NCBI GenBank assembly: GCA_027604505.1
Contig: JADIIX010000039.1
Span: forward strand, 1-64,000
DNA from: Gonapodya sp. JEL0774
Lineage: Eukaryota
Direction of reading: 5' to 3'
Length of the DNA stretch: 64,000 bases
Part shown: positions 1-12,979 of the stretch, piece by piece
How the letters are laid out: every line of letters begins with the position of its first letter
Numbering within the stretch: the first letter of the stretch is position 1
Translations under genes and position numbers: made by a program
Notes under the pieces: model-generated
Told to the model about the DNA's origin: nothing
The model's input: the letters and a program-made list of their open reading frames with translations, nothing else
The model's database searches: none

Positions 1-2700
1 CAGCCCATGGACTACTGGATGGTTGGATTATATTTTGGTCAAGCATGTCTTTGACTTCTTTAGCCATTGCAGGGCGCTCACAAAAGGCTGTGCGACGTGG
101 AGGAACCGTAATAGGTGGATGGTCTCCTGTATCAATGCGATGGCAGATCGTGGGCGCAAACCCTGGTGTCTCTTTGTCAGAGAATACATCAGAATATTGC
201 TCGTGCAACACCCAGGAGAGATAGTTTTGCTCCTGCATTGACAGGTCGGCTGTCTTTGCAAGGTCGAGCCCTTCAATTGGGGTCTTCGGGACATATGGTG
301 TGTCGTTGCTCTGTTGGTTTACTTCCTTGCAAATCTCCTCCAGAGATTTCCGAGGGGGTTTGATAGGAGACAGGGTTAGGTCGTCTGTCTGTTCTCTCAG
401 AGTCATCAAATTGAACTGGGATGACAGGTGGGGCTCTGCCATTGCCACTGGTGTTCCTTTCAGCAATTTGAGTGGACTTGCTGTAAGATTGGACAGAAGG
501 ACTCTGGTGCAACCAGGTGCGACCTTTACTACGCCTTGGGCACAGAGTACTCCAAGTTTGACAGACGTAGCAGGGTGGGGTTTTACAAAGAAGTTGCCGT
601 GGGATTGGCGTTTCGGCACCAGATATTGTACATCACAAAGCGTTGCTGCGTACTGTGGTATTGTTGTTGGTTTGGACAAAACAAGGTCTGTCCAGGGATG
701 TTGAACAGTGCCCATCTGAATATGGATACGGGTGCGATCTCCCAGTTGGTTGTTGGAGTCTTTGCACACTATCCATCCTTCGTCATGGTCAACTACAGCT
801 CGGCAGATGCGAAGGAAGTCAACTCCTAGGAGGACAGAATGGGGAAGGTTTTCAATCACAGCTACCCGTAGGGCCTTGGTGACCCCCGCAACTGTGACAG
901 GTAGGAGAACACAACTGAGTGGCACTAACAATTGGCCATTGCCAACTGTTATAGGGTTCATGTTCCAAGAATCTAGTTGAATAGATCCGAAGTGCTGGCG
1001 GTAAAACGATGCACTGATGGCAGAAAGTGCAGCTCCGGAATCTTGTATGATTGGAACATTATGTAAGTGGCCAATGCTTCCACGCATTGTTGCAGCAATC
1101 CAGACAGCAGCGTAGTCTGGTGCTTCTCTGTTGTTATGTAAGCCGCGCAGCTTCTGCATGATCTCTTGCTGAGATTGCGAGTAATCAATAACATCCCTTT
1201 TCGGTGGAGCCACAGGGAATGCTCCACGTGGGGCAGCATTTGCTGATAGCAGGGTGGGCTCTTGCGTGTTGGTGTCTAGGGACACACGGGAAAACACATA
1301 GGTAAGCTAGCTGTAAGGAAGGGGACACACTGAGAGAGGGACCATTGCAGCCATGGGCCAGAAAAGGGGTAGCTAAGCCCTTTCCCAACCGATGACTGCC
1401 TCAAGACAGCTCCCACAGTAACGTACGCGCTGATGTGAAGTCCAGGGAATGATCCACTTATACGCAACGCACCAGGCCTTAGAGGTCACTGTAGTACGGC
1501 AAGGGACATTAACCACTGAATCCTTGACAACAAGTCGCATTGCCTTTCGAGCAACTACGCTTGGCGGGTGAGCGTTGCCGCCAGTCGGTACGCTACTGGA
1601 TATCCGTCTATCACATTCTCCGTAATGCGCGCAGTAGTCCGGTGGTGGTGCGCAGACGCCACGGGATCCTACCCTTGGCCGCGTCTTTGGGCTAGCCAAC
1701 CATCAGGCAATAGGGGACTCCCTCCACCCAACATTGCACACGATAGCTTCTCGGTGGTTTCACTCCACAACCGAAGGCCACCCGAAGGCAACCAACCGTC
1801 AGGCAATAGGGGACTCCCTCCACCCAACATTGCACACGAGGGCATCTCGACGGTTTCACTCCGCAATCGAAGGCCAGCCAATCCTGACTCTGCACGTGGG
1901 GTGAGCGTTGCCCACTGCAGAGGTTGGACTACATACGGACATTATTCGGTTTTCCGGTCTACTCTCAGTGTGTATTGGTTAGTCATGGCTAGGTTAGTTA
2001 ATTCTCACTTTCGTTGGTATCTAATGGGGCGTGGTGTTCCGACTCGTATTCGTACTGGTCCTCCTGTGACCAATAGTCACCCAATTCCTCTTGGTTTGGA
2101 AGGGTTTCGTCAATTGCCATATTTAGGAGGTGTTGACGCCCTCTCATGGCATATCCTCCTCTCCCCCTTTGTGTGTTAGAACGATTGAAACGCTGGGGAG
2201 GGGGTTGCGCTGCACGTCGTCGGGCGTCAGCCTCGATGGCCATGCGAGCGTGTTCTGGGAGGATGTAGTTGGTACTTGGGAAAAAACCCGGTGGAAGATC
2301 ATTGAAATAGCGGACAAACAAGCGTACGTTGGGTTTTACAGCAAGGGGAGCTTTGGCGCATGAGCGCTCCCAATGTCCACGCTCGAAGCAATTGCAGCAC
2401 ACTTGGTTGGGCACAATTGCTGGAGCTGGCGCTGGTGGTGTCGGTTGGTCGACGCCAGAAGCGGTACCGAGCGGTAGCAAGTCCTGTTGCGTACGCGCAG
2501 GGCGAGCAGCTGAAGGATACTGCTGGGGATATGGTCGGTACATGTTTTGTTGAACCCTTGATGAATTTACAGGGTTCCAACGGCCAGACCCTGTTACACG
2601 CCCCCCTGAACCACTAGCTCCTTGGACGTGGCTCTCTCCAACACCAACACCAGTTCGCCGTATTGATTCTGTGTTCTTGCCACGCCTTCCTACGTCTGCG
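1..2700 (-). mobile_element. Ty3/gypsy-type LTR retrotransposon, gag-pol 5' part, apparently degenerate, continuing off the window start
   Basis: Minus strand: gag zinc knuckle CCNCFERGHWERSC (ORF 1998-2543); retropepsin motifs IQDSGAALS (~1020-1050) and VLLGVDFL (~800-835); RT N-terminus HRIDTGDHPPI...EVKDMLDQNIIQPSSSPWA (1-140). Stops in all three frames just after gag. LTR not located. Confidence 0.85.
1696..1880. repeat. Tandem duplication, 96-bp period, inside the retroelement
   Basis: ccaacc(a/g)tcaggcaataggggactccctccacccaacattgcacacga at 1696 and 1792. Confidence 0.9.
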
Positions 2701-3139
2701 CAGCACCTGGTGGGTGGGGGACTGCGGACCTAGGGTAATGCCGTATTCTTATTTCTTAGCCGTAGACTTCTTAGCTTAAATGTCAATAAACATTGAGTTA
2801 TCAGCATTACTATGTAATTGCTCAGTGTGCTTTGTTGAGGTCGCACTAGTGTGGTTGCTCGATCACCTGACTTCAGATATGCAGCTGCTATTACTGCTAA
2901 ATATGCTGAATACAAGCACGCTTACGAGAGAAAACTGAGGTGGAAGGATCTTCTTTAAAATGTTAAATACTCCAAATCATCTGGTGAATTGAATTCAATG
3001 TTTGTCGTTTCAAATGTCGGAGCTCTGCAGAGTTCAGCTCTAAAGCACTGGCCTCTGTGGAGTACTCTGTGAATGCTTTACTTTGTCTCCAGAGTTGGTA
3101 CAAAGCTGGATTTATGTAAAACTGAAATTTCAGTATAGT

Positions 3140-3340
3140 GACTCAAAATTGACTCGAAATTGACTCGACTCAACTAACATTTTGCTCTCTTGGCTCGAAT
3201 CAAACTCGGCTCAATGCAGTTTGAAATCAAATCAAACTTGACTCAGGTTCCTCTAACTCGACCTTGGCTTGACTCGAGGACCTCCAAAATCGGCTCAGCT
3301 CGACTTCTCTGGGCTCAACTCGACTTGACTCCACTCGTAG
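3140..3340. repeat. Degenerate GACTC/AACTC/GGCTC pentamer array
   Basis: Many copies of gactc, aactc, gctc, ctcga (e.g. gactcaaaattgactcgaaattgactcgactcaact; ggctcaactcgacttgactccactcg). Confidence 0.7.
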
Positions 3341-3563
3341 ATGCTTTACGTGAGGCAGAACTTCATGAGACCCTCTGTATCTCAGCCCAATTGCTTCACA
3401 AGAGACATTACTACAAATTTGTAAAGAGAATGAGCTGCACTGGATATGTTATACTTTGGTTTTTAGATCCATGTTGAGATTTACAGTGGCTCAGCAATAA
3501 AGCGCCGTGAGTAGTGGAGTGTTTGAGGGGTAGCATATCCTAAAAGTTCTTTGAACACAAAAT

Positions 3564-6308
3564 CTACCCAGCAAGAGTTACTTGCACTTGCTTGGCCTCT
3601 GAGTAGAATAATTCTAAGGAAGTGTCAATTCCAACTGTTATCAGGTGCTGGTTGAAAGTTGTTATGCTCATCTTCAGCTGAGTGAGCACTCCTGCAAGAT
3701 TTGAATGTTGAAATTCCTTCAGAGCAGCAGGAACAATAGAATTATTCTGAGCCTTAAGTGTTGACTCTAGAAAACTGAACCCTTGAATTGTGCCTCTAAC
3801 AAGATCATTTGGAGTCTCAAGGCTTGACAGATCTAGTTTTACAATCCAACCTGAAGATCGATCAATGACTGGCAATATTGGATCAAAGGTGCTCTCTCGC
3901 CATTGGTGCTGATAAATAGGCTTTGCAATTGTTGAAGACTTGGGATGCAAGTATGCATCAGCTTCTGGAGCTACATAGTTGTGTGAACATTGAGTGTTGG
4001 ATGCTGCGTGTCTGTTGTCCAGCTTTTTCCTGAAACGACTGCATACTGTGCTATCTACTGAAGGTAAATCACATAAGACACACTGTTGATGTAATGAGTT
4101 GGGTTCATAAAAATTCACAGGCAAGCATTCAAACAACAGAAAAAACTTGTAGTTACCAAATTGTACAGAGAGCCAACCACAATACAACTTTGACAAAACA
4201 GAATCTGTCATTGCACAAGAATTCCTCAAGAAATCTTTCCTTGCAAGTGGTATTTCATAAACTTCCTCCTGAAGCTGCCACTTCCATTGCTTAACTTCCC
4301 ATGTAAGGAGAAATAATGCTCCACGAAGCACACAGCAGGAAGGATCTGTTGAGTCCTCAGTACTACAATTGCCATTTGGCAACATAATAGTAATCTCCCC
4401 AACAGTCAAGACTTTCAAAACTCCTTCACTAGGAGGAATGGCCGATAAGATAACAGAACAGCCTGGCCTTATAACCTCTGCTCCAATTACTAGAACTTTC
4501 TGCATGGCCAATCCTTCATCCTTCATGGAAGTTGCTATCTTTGTGTGTGTAACACATACATTCTTTATTGACCACCTCCTCCCAGAAAGGAGAACAAGAT
4601 TGCCTAGGGATTTTAGCTGAATGTGATTTAAACAGCCTTTGAAAACAGAAAAAAGCTGCTGAACTCTTCCATGATAAGTTTCCACCACAGGCTGTTCAGC
4701 AAATTGCAGAAGCTGATGTAAACTAAAAGGCTCTTGTGTGTACTCTAGAGGGCAGCCAAGAAATGGATCTGTGGAGTTCTGAAGGATGGCAAAGGGCACC
4801 AAGTTCTCTTGACTCATTTTGACCAATTCCACTTCAGCATTAGTGGTTCCTTTTCCAATATCTAATCCACCTGGTGGGTCCAGAAGCTGCACCATGTAAT
4901 GTGCCACTGCAACACTTGCAAGAACTGTTCGAATAACCCTGGCAGGCCACAAGAAACACCATCCATGCACTCCAAATATTAGATGTGGTGAGCCATTAGA
5001 CTTTGCATGCACATGGATTTGCCTATTCCAATCAGATATCCTTTTGAGAAGATGGCTGCCAGAACCAAAAAATTGCTGGGGGCTGCTGTTAAGTTGTAAA
5101 GTGTGAGTGGTCTGATCTGGTGGAACAAGGCTCTGAGCAACATCATGAACAGTCTGAAAATTTGCTGATACAACTTGAACTGGAATAAATATCATATCAC
5201 CAGAGCTGAACCAAAAGAGCAGAAATCAAGTACAGATAAGCTAATGGCCAAAATAATAGTATCTCCAAACTAAAACTTACGTGAACTCAGACCGGGCTTG
5301 CAGGATATGGCCCCAAGCAGGAGCCATAGGTGCAACTGCTAGAAATACATGCCAAAATCATGAAGCAGATCCCATTGGTAACCATCATCATATTTCAAAG
5401 CAAATCACTCACATGGTACTGTGCTAATAGTGTGCATGGAAGCACTTTGCACTTGGTGCTGTGAAGTGCTGTTTTTGGTGGTTGCTGGAGGTGTTGAACG
5501 TAATTGTTTCTCAGAGTTTCCACTGCTAAGTTCCAAGTAATTGTGAAACTTCTTGCTTTCATGCTCTGGTGCTCCAGTGCTCTCATTCATTTCCAGTGGT
5601 GGCAATTTCCTTTTATTGGAAAGAAGTTGATTAGACACCTTCAATGATTTGGGTTTCTGTAAATTGATGCCCTTATTTCCACAAAATCGACATGCACATG
5701 GAGGAACATCACTTGGAAATGTTGCATCAGAGTCAGTGTTGTTCGTAGCTTTTGAAGTAGCAACAAGCCATTGTAGATGTGGTAGAAACTCAGCAGGGGA
5801 GCGATAAAAGGAAGAGGAAGACTTGGGATGCCCTGCCAGGTAGGCGTCAAGCCGCGCAGGAAGGCCTGAAACAGAGTCAATTGGCAGTTTGGTTGGCTGT
5901 TGAGATTGTACTTCAGAACAGGGAGTGATAGAGTTGTTGGCGAGAGCAAAAGTATAGACAAATATCACTCACATTTTGGCTCCCAGGTAGGCGTAAAAAT
6001 GTGCATGTACAGTGAGTAACCAGAGGGAAAGTCAGCAAGCGTGTACTGAACATCCGGCTGCCTTGGACCTAAAGTGAGTTTCTCTCATCAATACAGCACA
6101 GCTGTTCACATGAATTGCATAGCTCACCTTCGGCAATACTGTCCCCAAGCTTGCTCATCCAATCTCGGTGACGGTGGGAACCCGTCAGCTCTTCATAACA
6201 GTTGAGTTTCCCGTTTCCGTCGCCGGTCCGCGGTGTTTGAGAGTATGGCTTGTGCGTTGGAACACCGTCAGAGAACGATGGAGCTGGAATGAGAATGGTT
6301 TTGGGCAT
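3564..6308 (-). CDS. Cryptic loci regulator 2 (Clr2)-like heterochromatin silencing protein, multi-exon
   Basis: N-terminal motifs FSDG...WMSKLG, YTLADFPSGYSL, RLDAYLAGHP...FYRSPAEFLPHLQWL...CACRFC; C-terminal ORF 3564-5195 has WPARV and LVIGAEVIRPG, resembling Clr2 GAEKIWVGD. Confidence 0.75.
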
Positions 6309-6453
6309 TGCGAAGAATGGAGGCAGAACGTCGAGGCGCGGGCAGTTCGAAAGATGAGGATGAGAGTGAGTGCTTTGAGGAGAGCGCGAACCACCGCGCA
6401 AAGGTGATGCTTGAATTTGCGAGAGTGAGCGATTCTGATTCAATGAAAGGAGG

Positions 6454-6695
6454 GATGTGTCTCTGATGGTGGTGCACTGCTCCCCCGCCCGACAGCCCCA
6501 CTTCCTCGAACCCACAAGCGTCGCTGGAGGAGCTCACATGGATCAATCAATTTTAATAGAGTAAGGTGTTGATAAAAACGATGTGAGCTCCTCTCATCGT
6601 CAACGGATGTGTCTCTGATCGTGGTGCACCGCTCCCCCCTCGACAGCCCCACTTCCACCAACCCACAAGCGTCCCTGGAGGAGCTCACATGGATC
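6454..6695. repeat. ~90-bp imperfect direct repeat pair
   Basis: gatgtgtctctgat...gacagccccacttcc...ctggaggagctcacatggatc at ~6454-6544 and ~6607-6695. Confidence 0.85.
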
Positions 6696-6910
6696 GCTCT
6701 ACTAAATATCGCTCAACCCCCACTCAATCGACTTTGCGTACCAACGGAAAGCAATGAAACGTCGATGAATGACTCGTATGTGCAGACCGTAATTGCGGCA
6801 AGTTGGCTGGGAGCAGAAATGAAATACACATAGTCTTGTCTTCCTCCATGAGCACATGCATCTTTGACAAAGCCTTGACGCCAAATATTGATAAATACAT
6901 GCACAGTGTT

Positions 6911-7670
6911 TTAACTTTTACCAATGTCTATTCTGGAGTTCCCGTCTACCCACTTTCTTCGAGCCTGCTCAAGCATTAAAAGCTTGCGATCACGAAGGTT
7001 CTTTGCACGACCTTCGGGGGTGTCTGTCCATTGCCGTGGTGGAGGGTTTGCCACAATCTGCTCTATCTCGTCCTTCCTTATACTCTGCAATGCAGCCAGA
7101 GTTGTTGAGGGATGAGACGCGGAGGGTACAGCTCCTGTTTCTCCAGCTGATGCTTGAGCAGGGCTCACTGCCTTTGGGAACAATTATCCATTACGCCAGA
7201 TACAAAGTTTGCAATCGCTTGCCATGTGGCATACCTGTATCCGTCCGTTCAGAATATTCTCCACCGTTTGTTCAACACTCCCCGTTCGACTGAGGTCCAG
7301 CTCTATCGAGGCAGAAGGGATATTTGGAAAAAGTCTCGCTACCGTGTCAATCTTCTCGCGGCTAACCAAGTGTCTTCTAGTTGTGGCAAGGAGCGCTGGC
7401 GAACGAGTACTAGTGGAAGAGGATCCGTCGGAGTCTGAAGTCCACGCCCCCCAGGTGGACAGTGGCATGATTATATAGAGACAGATAGATTGTGATATGC
7501 ACAAGGTTCGATTGATCGAATACAGTTATGGGCACATGGGAGGGAGGTTCAGCGGTGTGGTGAGAGGGAAGATCGCCGAACATCTGAAGATGCGGAAACG
7601 CACTTGAGAAGATGAACTTGTAGGTAGCGAATAATGCGATCAGCAGAATAGCGAGCGAGAACGTGTCCAT
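6911..7670 (-). CDS. Cue1/Cue4-like ER-anchored CUE-domain protein (ERAD E2 adaptor)
   Basis: N-terminal TM (MDTFSLAILLIALFATYKFIF), CUE domain (IDTVARLFPNIPSASIELDLSRTGSVEQTVENIL), C-terminal E2-binding helix (RAKNLRDRKLLMLEQARRKW). Confidence 0.8.
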
Positions 7671-8836
7671 TGTTGTCCGGTTATGGCATGTACACCAGTC
7701 TATACCTAGCTGTCCTCAGTTCGTGCGCTTTGTGGAGCAGCTGACCAGGTTTCACAAACGCTCGCTGAGCGACATGGGCAAAGGTGATACCGTGCAGTGA
7801 GGAGTCGAGATAGCGGGCTCTTTTCACCTGTTTTTGTTCGTGCTTAAGTCTCTGCAGTGTTCCAAACCTACCTCAACTCGGAGAGGGTCTAGTGAGTGAT
7901 GGATGGAGCTATCACCTGAAATCAAAACTGTCTGTAGACCTGTGAACGGTCAACAGCACCTGTGCCTCTTGCCATGCCCATCTTGCGAGTCACGAAGATC
8001 TTATGTCTAAGGTGAGCGCTGTTAGTTGATTCGTTGGCGCGACCAGTGGATTTGGATGGACGGTTTACTCACCAGTTCTCGGCTTTAATAAGGCATTCAC
8101 GGGTCGGCATGGTCGTGCTTTTCTATTCAAGTACGTTGACAATGTCACTCTGGGCCAGAAAGAGGATCGTGTGTTGATAACTGGGCTCCATTCAGTGTGC
8201 GAGTGAGTCTTCCATTGACGACTGTCGACTAAATATTCCTCCCTTCGATGTGACTAATATGCATCCTTGGAGTGATTAGTATTCACTGTAATGTGTGCCA
8301 AACAGTTGTCGGAGTAAGTGCGGTAGGGACTGCTGCTCCGGTGAACAGCTTTACTGATTTGAACTGCGTTGCATCTTACAGTGGAAATACGTGAGTCACA
8401 CGACAATAATCAATCAATGAACACTTGTATCGAGCATTGTTTTCGTTCGAAAACCAGCTTTACGCGTTTCAGGAGAGTCAAAAGTACAAGGAAGGTGCGT
8501 GATGCGGTGACTCTCGTGGGTGACATAATTATCTAATCGGAAACCTATGGAAACTGCCAGGGAAGTTTGTCGTGAGCAAAAGCTGTCGCGTAAGCTTTTG
8601 TAACTGTCACCGTTGAGTACATTGTTCGCAATCAGGTTGAGAAAACTCGCATGTCAAAAGACACCAACTGGTCATGAAGACGCGTCAGCGGTGTGGGGCC
8701 TAATCAGTTCATTGGTTCGAGAATTTTTCCGCTGCATCGGGGCAAACCAATCTTATGTACATATCAAAGTTCCTATAACCTCTAATTGTCAAAATAATGC
8801 TTGCTTTTTCAATGCACAAAGTCTATCTCCACTCCT

Positions 8837-11800
8837 TCACCTCCCCGCAACCACCCATGAATGCTCTGCCAAGTCACGTATGGCTAACCTCTCCTCCGCT
8901 TTCACCCTAAATATTCCCTTGAGTAATGTCTTAACCTCTCCTGGTGCTTTGGCCCTTTCCAACGGTTCCTCGTCGTACATTCCCTTTAGAATTTTCATCT
9001 GCAACCTGGGCGGAAACTGATCATCAAATGGTAGTAGCCCCGTTATCATCGCGTACAGCACCACACCTAAAGCCCAAACATCTACGGATGGCTGGGCTGC
9101 CTGCGGCGATACAGGTGATGTTGCGTTGGGAGAAGATGAAGGGGACACCAAGTGATACAATTGCGCCGTCCCTGATGACCCCACCGATGCTGCGGTCTTC
9201 CCCCCCACCATGGTCGATCGTTGCAGCTGCAATGTCGACGCGGGCGTTGGCGGTGTCGACTGCCGGCGAATCAGCTCCGGCGCAAGGTAAGCTAGAGTGC
9301 CAGCCGGTGCGTCTTGCTCCCCACGGACAGTGGGGGCGTTGATGTATTGGGAGAGACCGAAATCCGTAATCTTGCAGACGCTTCGATCGAGCGTTAGTAA
9401 GATGTTCTCCAGTTTGACATCACGATGCACCAAGTTCATGTGCAGATGTAAGTACCGTACAGCATCCACCATTTGGGCGAACAACGTTTGAACTTTGTCC
9501 AATGGAAGACCTGCCACTTCTTCATCGTCAACTTTCCCACTCAACCTTGTCCGTAACTTTTGGCGCTCATCCTCAATGTACTCCAGCATAGAACATGCCA
9601 GCCATTCCGTCACGATGAATGTGGAATCGTCCGTATCCAGCACTTCGTACATGCGGGCGATGTGTGGGTGTTCCAAAGATCGCCAAACGTCAATTTCCCA
9701 ATTGAGCTGTTGCTGCTGCTCTTCTGTCGCAGGCGGGAGGCTTCCACTTGAAGGCAAACGCTCCAGATTCCCCATCGTTAGTGCTGGCGAGTACGAGGTA
9801 CTCCTCCAAGGCGAAGGGAGACTTCTCCCTCCCGCACCAGGACTCGGACCGCTTCCGAAACTCCCACCGTATGCAAAGCTTCTACTCCTACTCCCCCCTA
9901 GCAAATGTCCACCGTCATTGCCCGGAGGCGGTTTGCGTACAATCTTTATTGCCACCTTCCTCACGCCTTCCGGCAAATGGGAACCGGCGTCAACCGGATC
10001 CATGAGTGGCTGCAACCGCGACAGTTCCTCCACCGTGTTTCGCTTCTCATCCTCAAATGTCCATCCTTCTACAACCACACTGAATGCGCCCTGTCCCAGT
10101 TTCTTGCCCAAGAGATACCTCCCCACTATATCCCCCTCGTACAAAGCTGAAGCTTCCAGCAAATCACTACCGGTTCCGGATTCAGCGTTCGACGATTCTG
10201 CCAAGCTGGCAAGGAATGACGTTGCAGGAGATTTCGGAAGCGACTGGAAAGAATCAGCTCTCAATCGCGGGGAGTGGGCGCCAGTTCTCGTCGAAGATTT
10301 TCGGGAGACGGACACCACTCGGACTGTCTTAGACCGTGAAAAAGACCCCCACGAGGAAGACGCTGCCATTGTGGATGGAGATGAATCAGGAGAGGACAGA
10401 GAGGGGCGGTGTGAGAACACGGTGGACAGCATGAGTGGTTCAGATTGGTTGCGGGGGAGGTTGGACTGCGACAGGGCGACCGCGTGGGAGGTACTTGAAG
10501 CCGTGGCAGAAGTATCGGACTCCCCTTCAGCGCGGCTCCCTTGTTGGTGTCGGTCACGATTTTGGTGGTGCGCAAGCCGTGGTACCACTACTGGCGGGTG
10601 GAGCGGCAGCGGCAGTCGTGGGGTTGGGTGGTGATGATAATTCTTTGCTTGTTCACTCATCGAGGAGGTTGCGGCGGAAGACAGTGTAGGGCCTGATAGA
10701 AGTAGTGAAATAGGCTCATTGCGATTTACCACGCTGGAGAGTTCGTGTCGAGGGGACATGGTGGGCGACAAGACCATCTCGTGGTCCGTGAGAGGCTCAA
10801 GGAGACCTTTCACCTTCTCTAACCGTGCACTTTCCTTTTCGCCACCTTCCCCAGCAGTACCGCTCAGCGACTGTAAGTCGTCGGACGAGTCCATCGAGTC
10901 ATTTCTGAGCTCAAATGCTCTCAAGCGTGGTCCGTTTGGACGGGAGGCACTGTCCAAGGGAGCAGCGCAAGTTTCCGAGGAAAGCGAGGAAGCGGGAGGT
11001 TGAAAGTCCACTGGCAAGTGTACAAAAGAAGTTCATGCGAGTAAGTCAGAGTTAGATTTGGTTTCTCCGTTTTTCATCCTCTCACGCCGTATGTCCTTGG
11101 CGTTGTCCGTGAAGTCGCAAAGGTACAAAGAAGACTGTACAAATGACCAGCGTGTTGCTGAATCGCTCTCGGCATTCTCCTGAGCACAAGACTGATGTGG
11201 TCTTCCTCGTTGCATGGCAGTGGCATTTTCACTTCCAAGACGCGTGTGCCTTGAAACTTCTGGAAGAAGAGGTGCAAACTCACGCTGTTGGGAATTCTCC
11301 ATTCCCTCCAGTCCATGTAATGTCAAACCGAGTGTTGGCATGGGGTTGCTGTTGTTCTTGTGGTGCCCCGAGAATAAGCGGGAACTCTCGGAACTTCGAT
11401 CAATACCGAGCCCCACAATTGTGTCGACCGAAGTGTTACCAGTTGAGGCAGCCGAACGCCATCGTGCGAGGTCCGAAGTGGGTTCGGAGGCGGGGTCAGA
11501 GGCATTGTCGCTATCAAAATCGAAGTGGTTGTCGTGGAACGTAGCTGCATTTGTGAGAATAGGGCGCGCCGCAGAGCTAGGTGGGCGAGAGGCAAGGACA
11601 GAGGGCGGGGTCGTTGCTCCTGGCGTTCTCGTACTTCCTCCTGCGTATCTATCATCCCCAACACCCCAGCCCAGACCCCACCGCGGAGCGCCTGGAGAAC
11701 CGGCGGCATTGCTGTGAGAGGTTTGGCGCGAACCATTAACCCTAGCATTAGAGTCTTGGGAAGTGAGCGCCCAGACAGGATTGGTCCCTCGTTCACCACC

Positions 11801-12322
11801 CGCAGGTACGCTCACTGATACCGGGGTGACAGAGGCTGTGGCGGAGGAGGCGAGAAAAGTAGAAGAAGGAGGTAGAGCAGGCGAGTAAGAGTGGAGTCTC
11901 TTATTCGGGGCTGGGAAGGCCACTTTGGACGAAGAAGCAGCCACCGCCATCGAGTTTAGTGGGGGGAAGGTTGAGTCCGCATCTGAAAGACGGAGAGGAG
12001 AAAGTGAAGGCAAAGGTTTCCTTTTGAAAGTGGACGGGCCCTCAGTAGGGGCCTGAGGGGGCGACACTTCCTCAGCAACGGGCACCGAAGCAGACGATGG
12101 AGACTTTGAGACATCCGGACTCGGTGAACGCAAGGAGGACAGATGCATCCCGCGCGGGAACGTCGAAGCTGGATTGTTGGTGCTCCCTCCATCACCATTC
12201 GCATCAGCTGCTCCTCTGTCCACTGCATCAGCCTCTGCTGGTCCCTTTCCTCCTATCTCATCTTTCTGAACGTCCCGTGCTTTCGAAGCCAGTGTGCGCG
12301 GTTGTTGTGGTTTGTGGGACAA
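8837..12322 (-). CDS. Ser/Thr protein kinase (CAMK-like) with long disordered N-terminus
   Basis: LGQGAFSVV, VAIK, HRDVKLEN, DFG, YLAPE, DVWALGV in ORF 8837-11017. ORF 11033-12322 is probably joined by an intron (CTGAC branch point, cag acceptor ~11010). Start uncertain. Confidence 0.85.
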
Positions 12323-12709
12323 AACTTGCGGATGCGCATAAACACAAACTGCCGTGGACGTTCTTTCAGGGCTCAGGTGAGTGAGCTAGGCAAGAGTTTT
12401 TTCTTCAGTGGTAATTTAACTGGACTAGTCAGCGTAAAAATTAGCCGAAATACAAAAGATGCTGTCGTTTGAACTATATTCTGCGTTCCTAGGTGAAGAG
12501 ACAAAAGTGCAACATTTCGAGCGATCTGACCCAAATCTGACTTGTTCCGGAGTCCACCATGAGCCAATCGGGATTAACTATATGTAATCCAGAAAGGGGG
12601 TCCGCAGCCGGTCAAATCCGACGCTCCGGGGCGCTCCGGGAAGGTTTGGAGGGACTTGCACTTTTGCTGGTGATAATCGGCACCGTTGTCGTACATTCGA
12701 GTTTGGCAG

Positions 12710-12979
12710 CTCTCACACGGGACAACCGTCGGTGCTAACACCACGCGCCGCACACTTTTGAAATCGTCTGTTTCTGGCGAGTTTGTAACCAATGTACACG
12801 TGGTGGTTCGTTGATTTTTCACTCAACACCCCCGTAGTACGTCCCTAGTCCCCACCCGCCTCAACTCTCACATGGGACAACCGTCGGTGCAAACACCACG
12901 CGTCGCACAGTTTTGAAATCGTCTGTTTCTGGCGAGTTTGTAACCATGTCGCACGTGGTGGTTCGTTGACTTTTCACTC
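12710..12979. repeat. ~115-bp imperfect direct repeat pair
   Basis: ctctcaca(c/t)gggacaaccgtcggtgc...gtggtggttcgttga(t/c)ttttcactc at ~12710-12824 and ~12865-12979. Confidence 0.9.

Noticed and set aside
2713..2726. 14-nt match ggtgggggactgcg shared with 29761-29774 (reverse complement), suggesting an RNA-primer binding site
   Set aside because: Many 14-mer matches are expected by chance in 64 kb, and the LTR boundary is unknown.
9495..10634. 379-aa + strand ORF and similar long antisense ORFs (e.g. 20732-21475)
   Set aside because: Shadow frames of GC-rich coding genes on the opposite strand.
12861..12872. CES-TGA in one repeat copy vs CESC in the other, suggesting CxxU
   Set aside because: Repeat homology ends at that codon, the read-through frame does not join the next copy, and there is no thioredoxin context.
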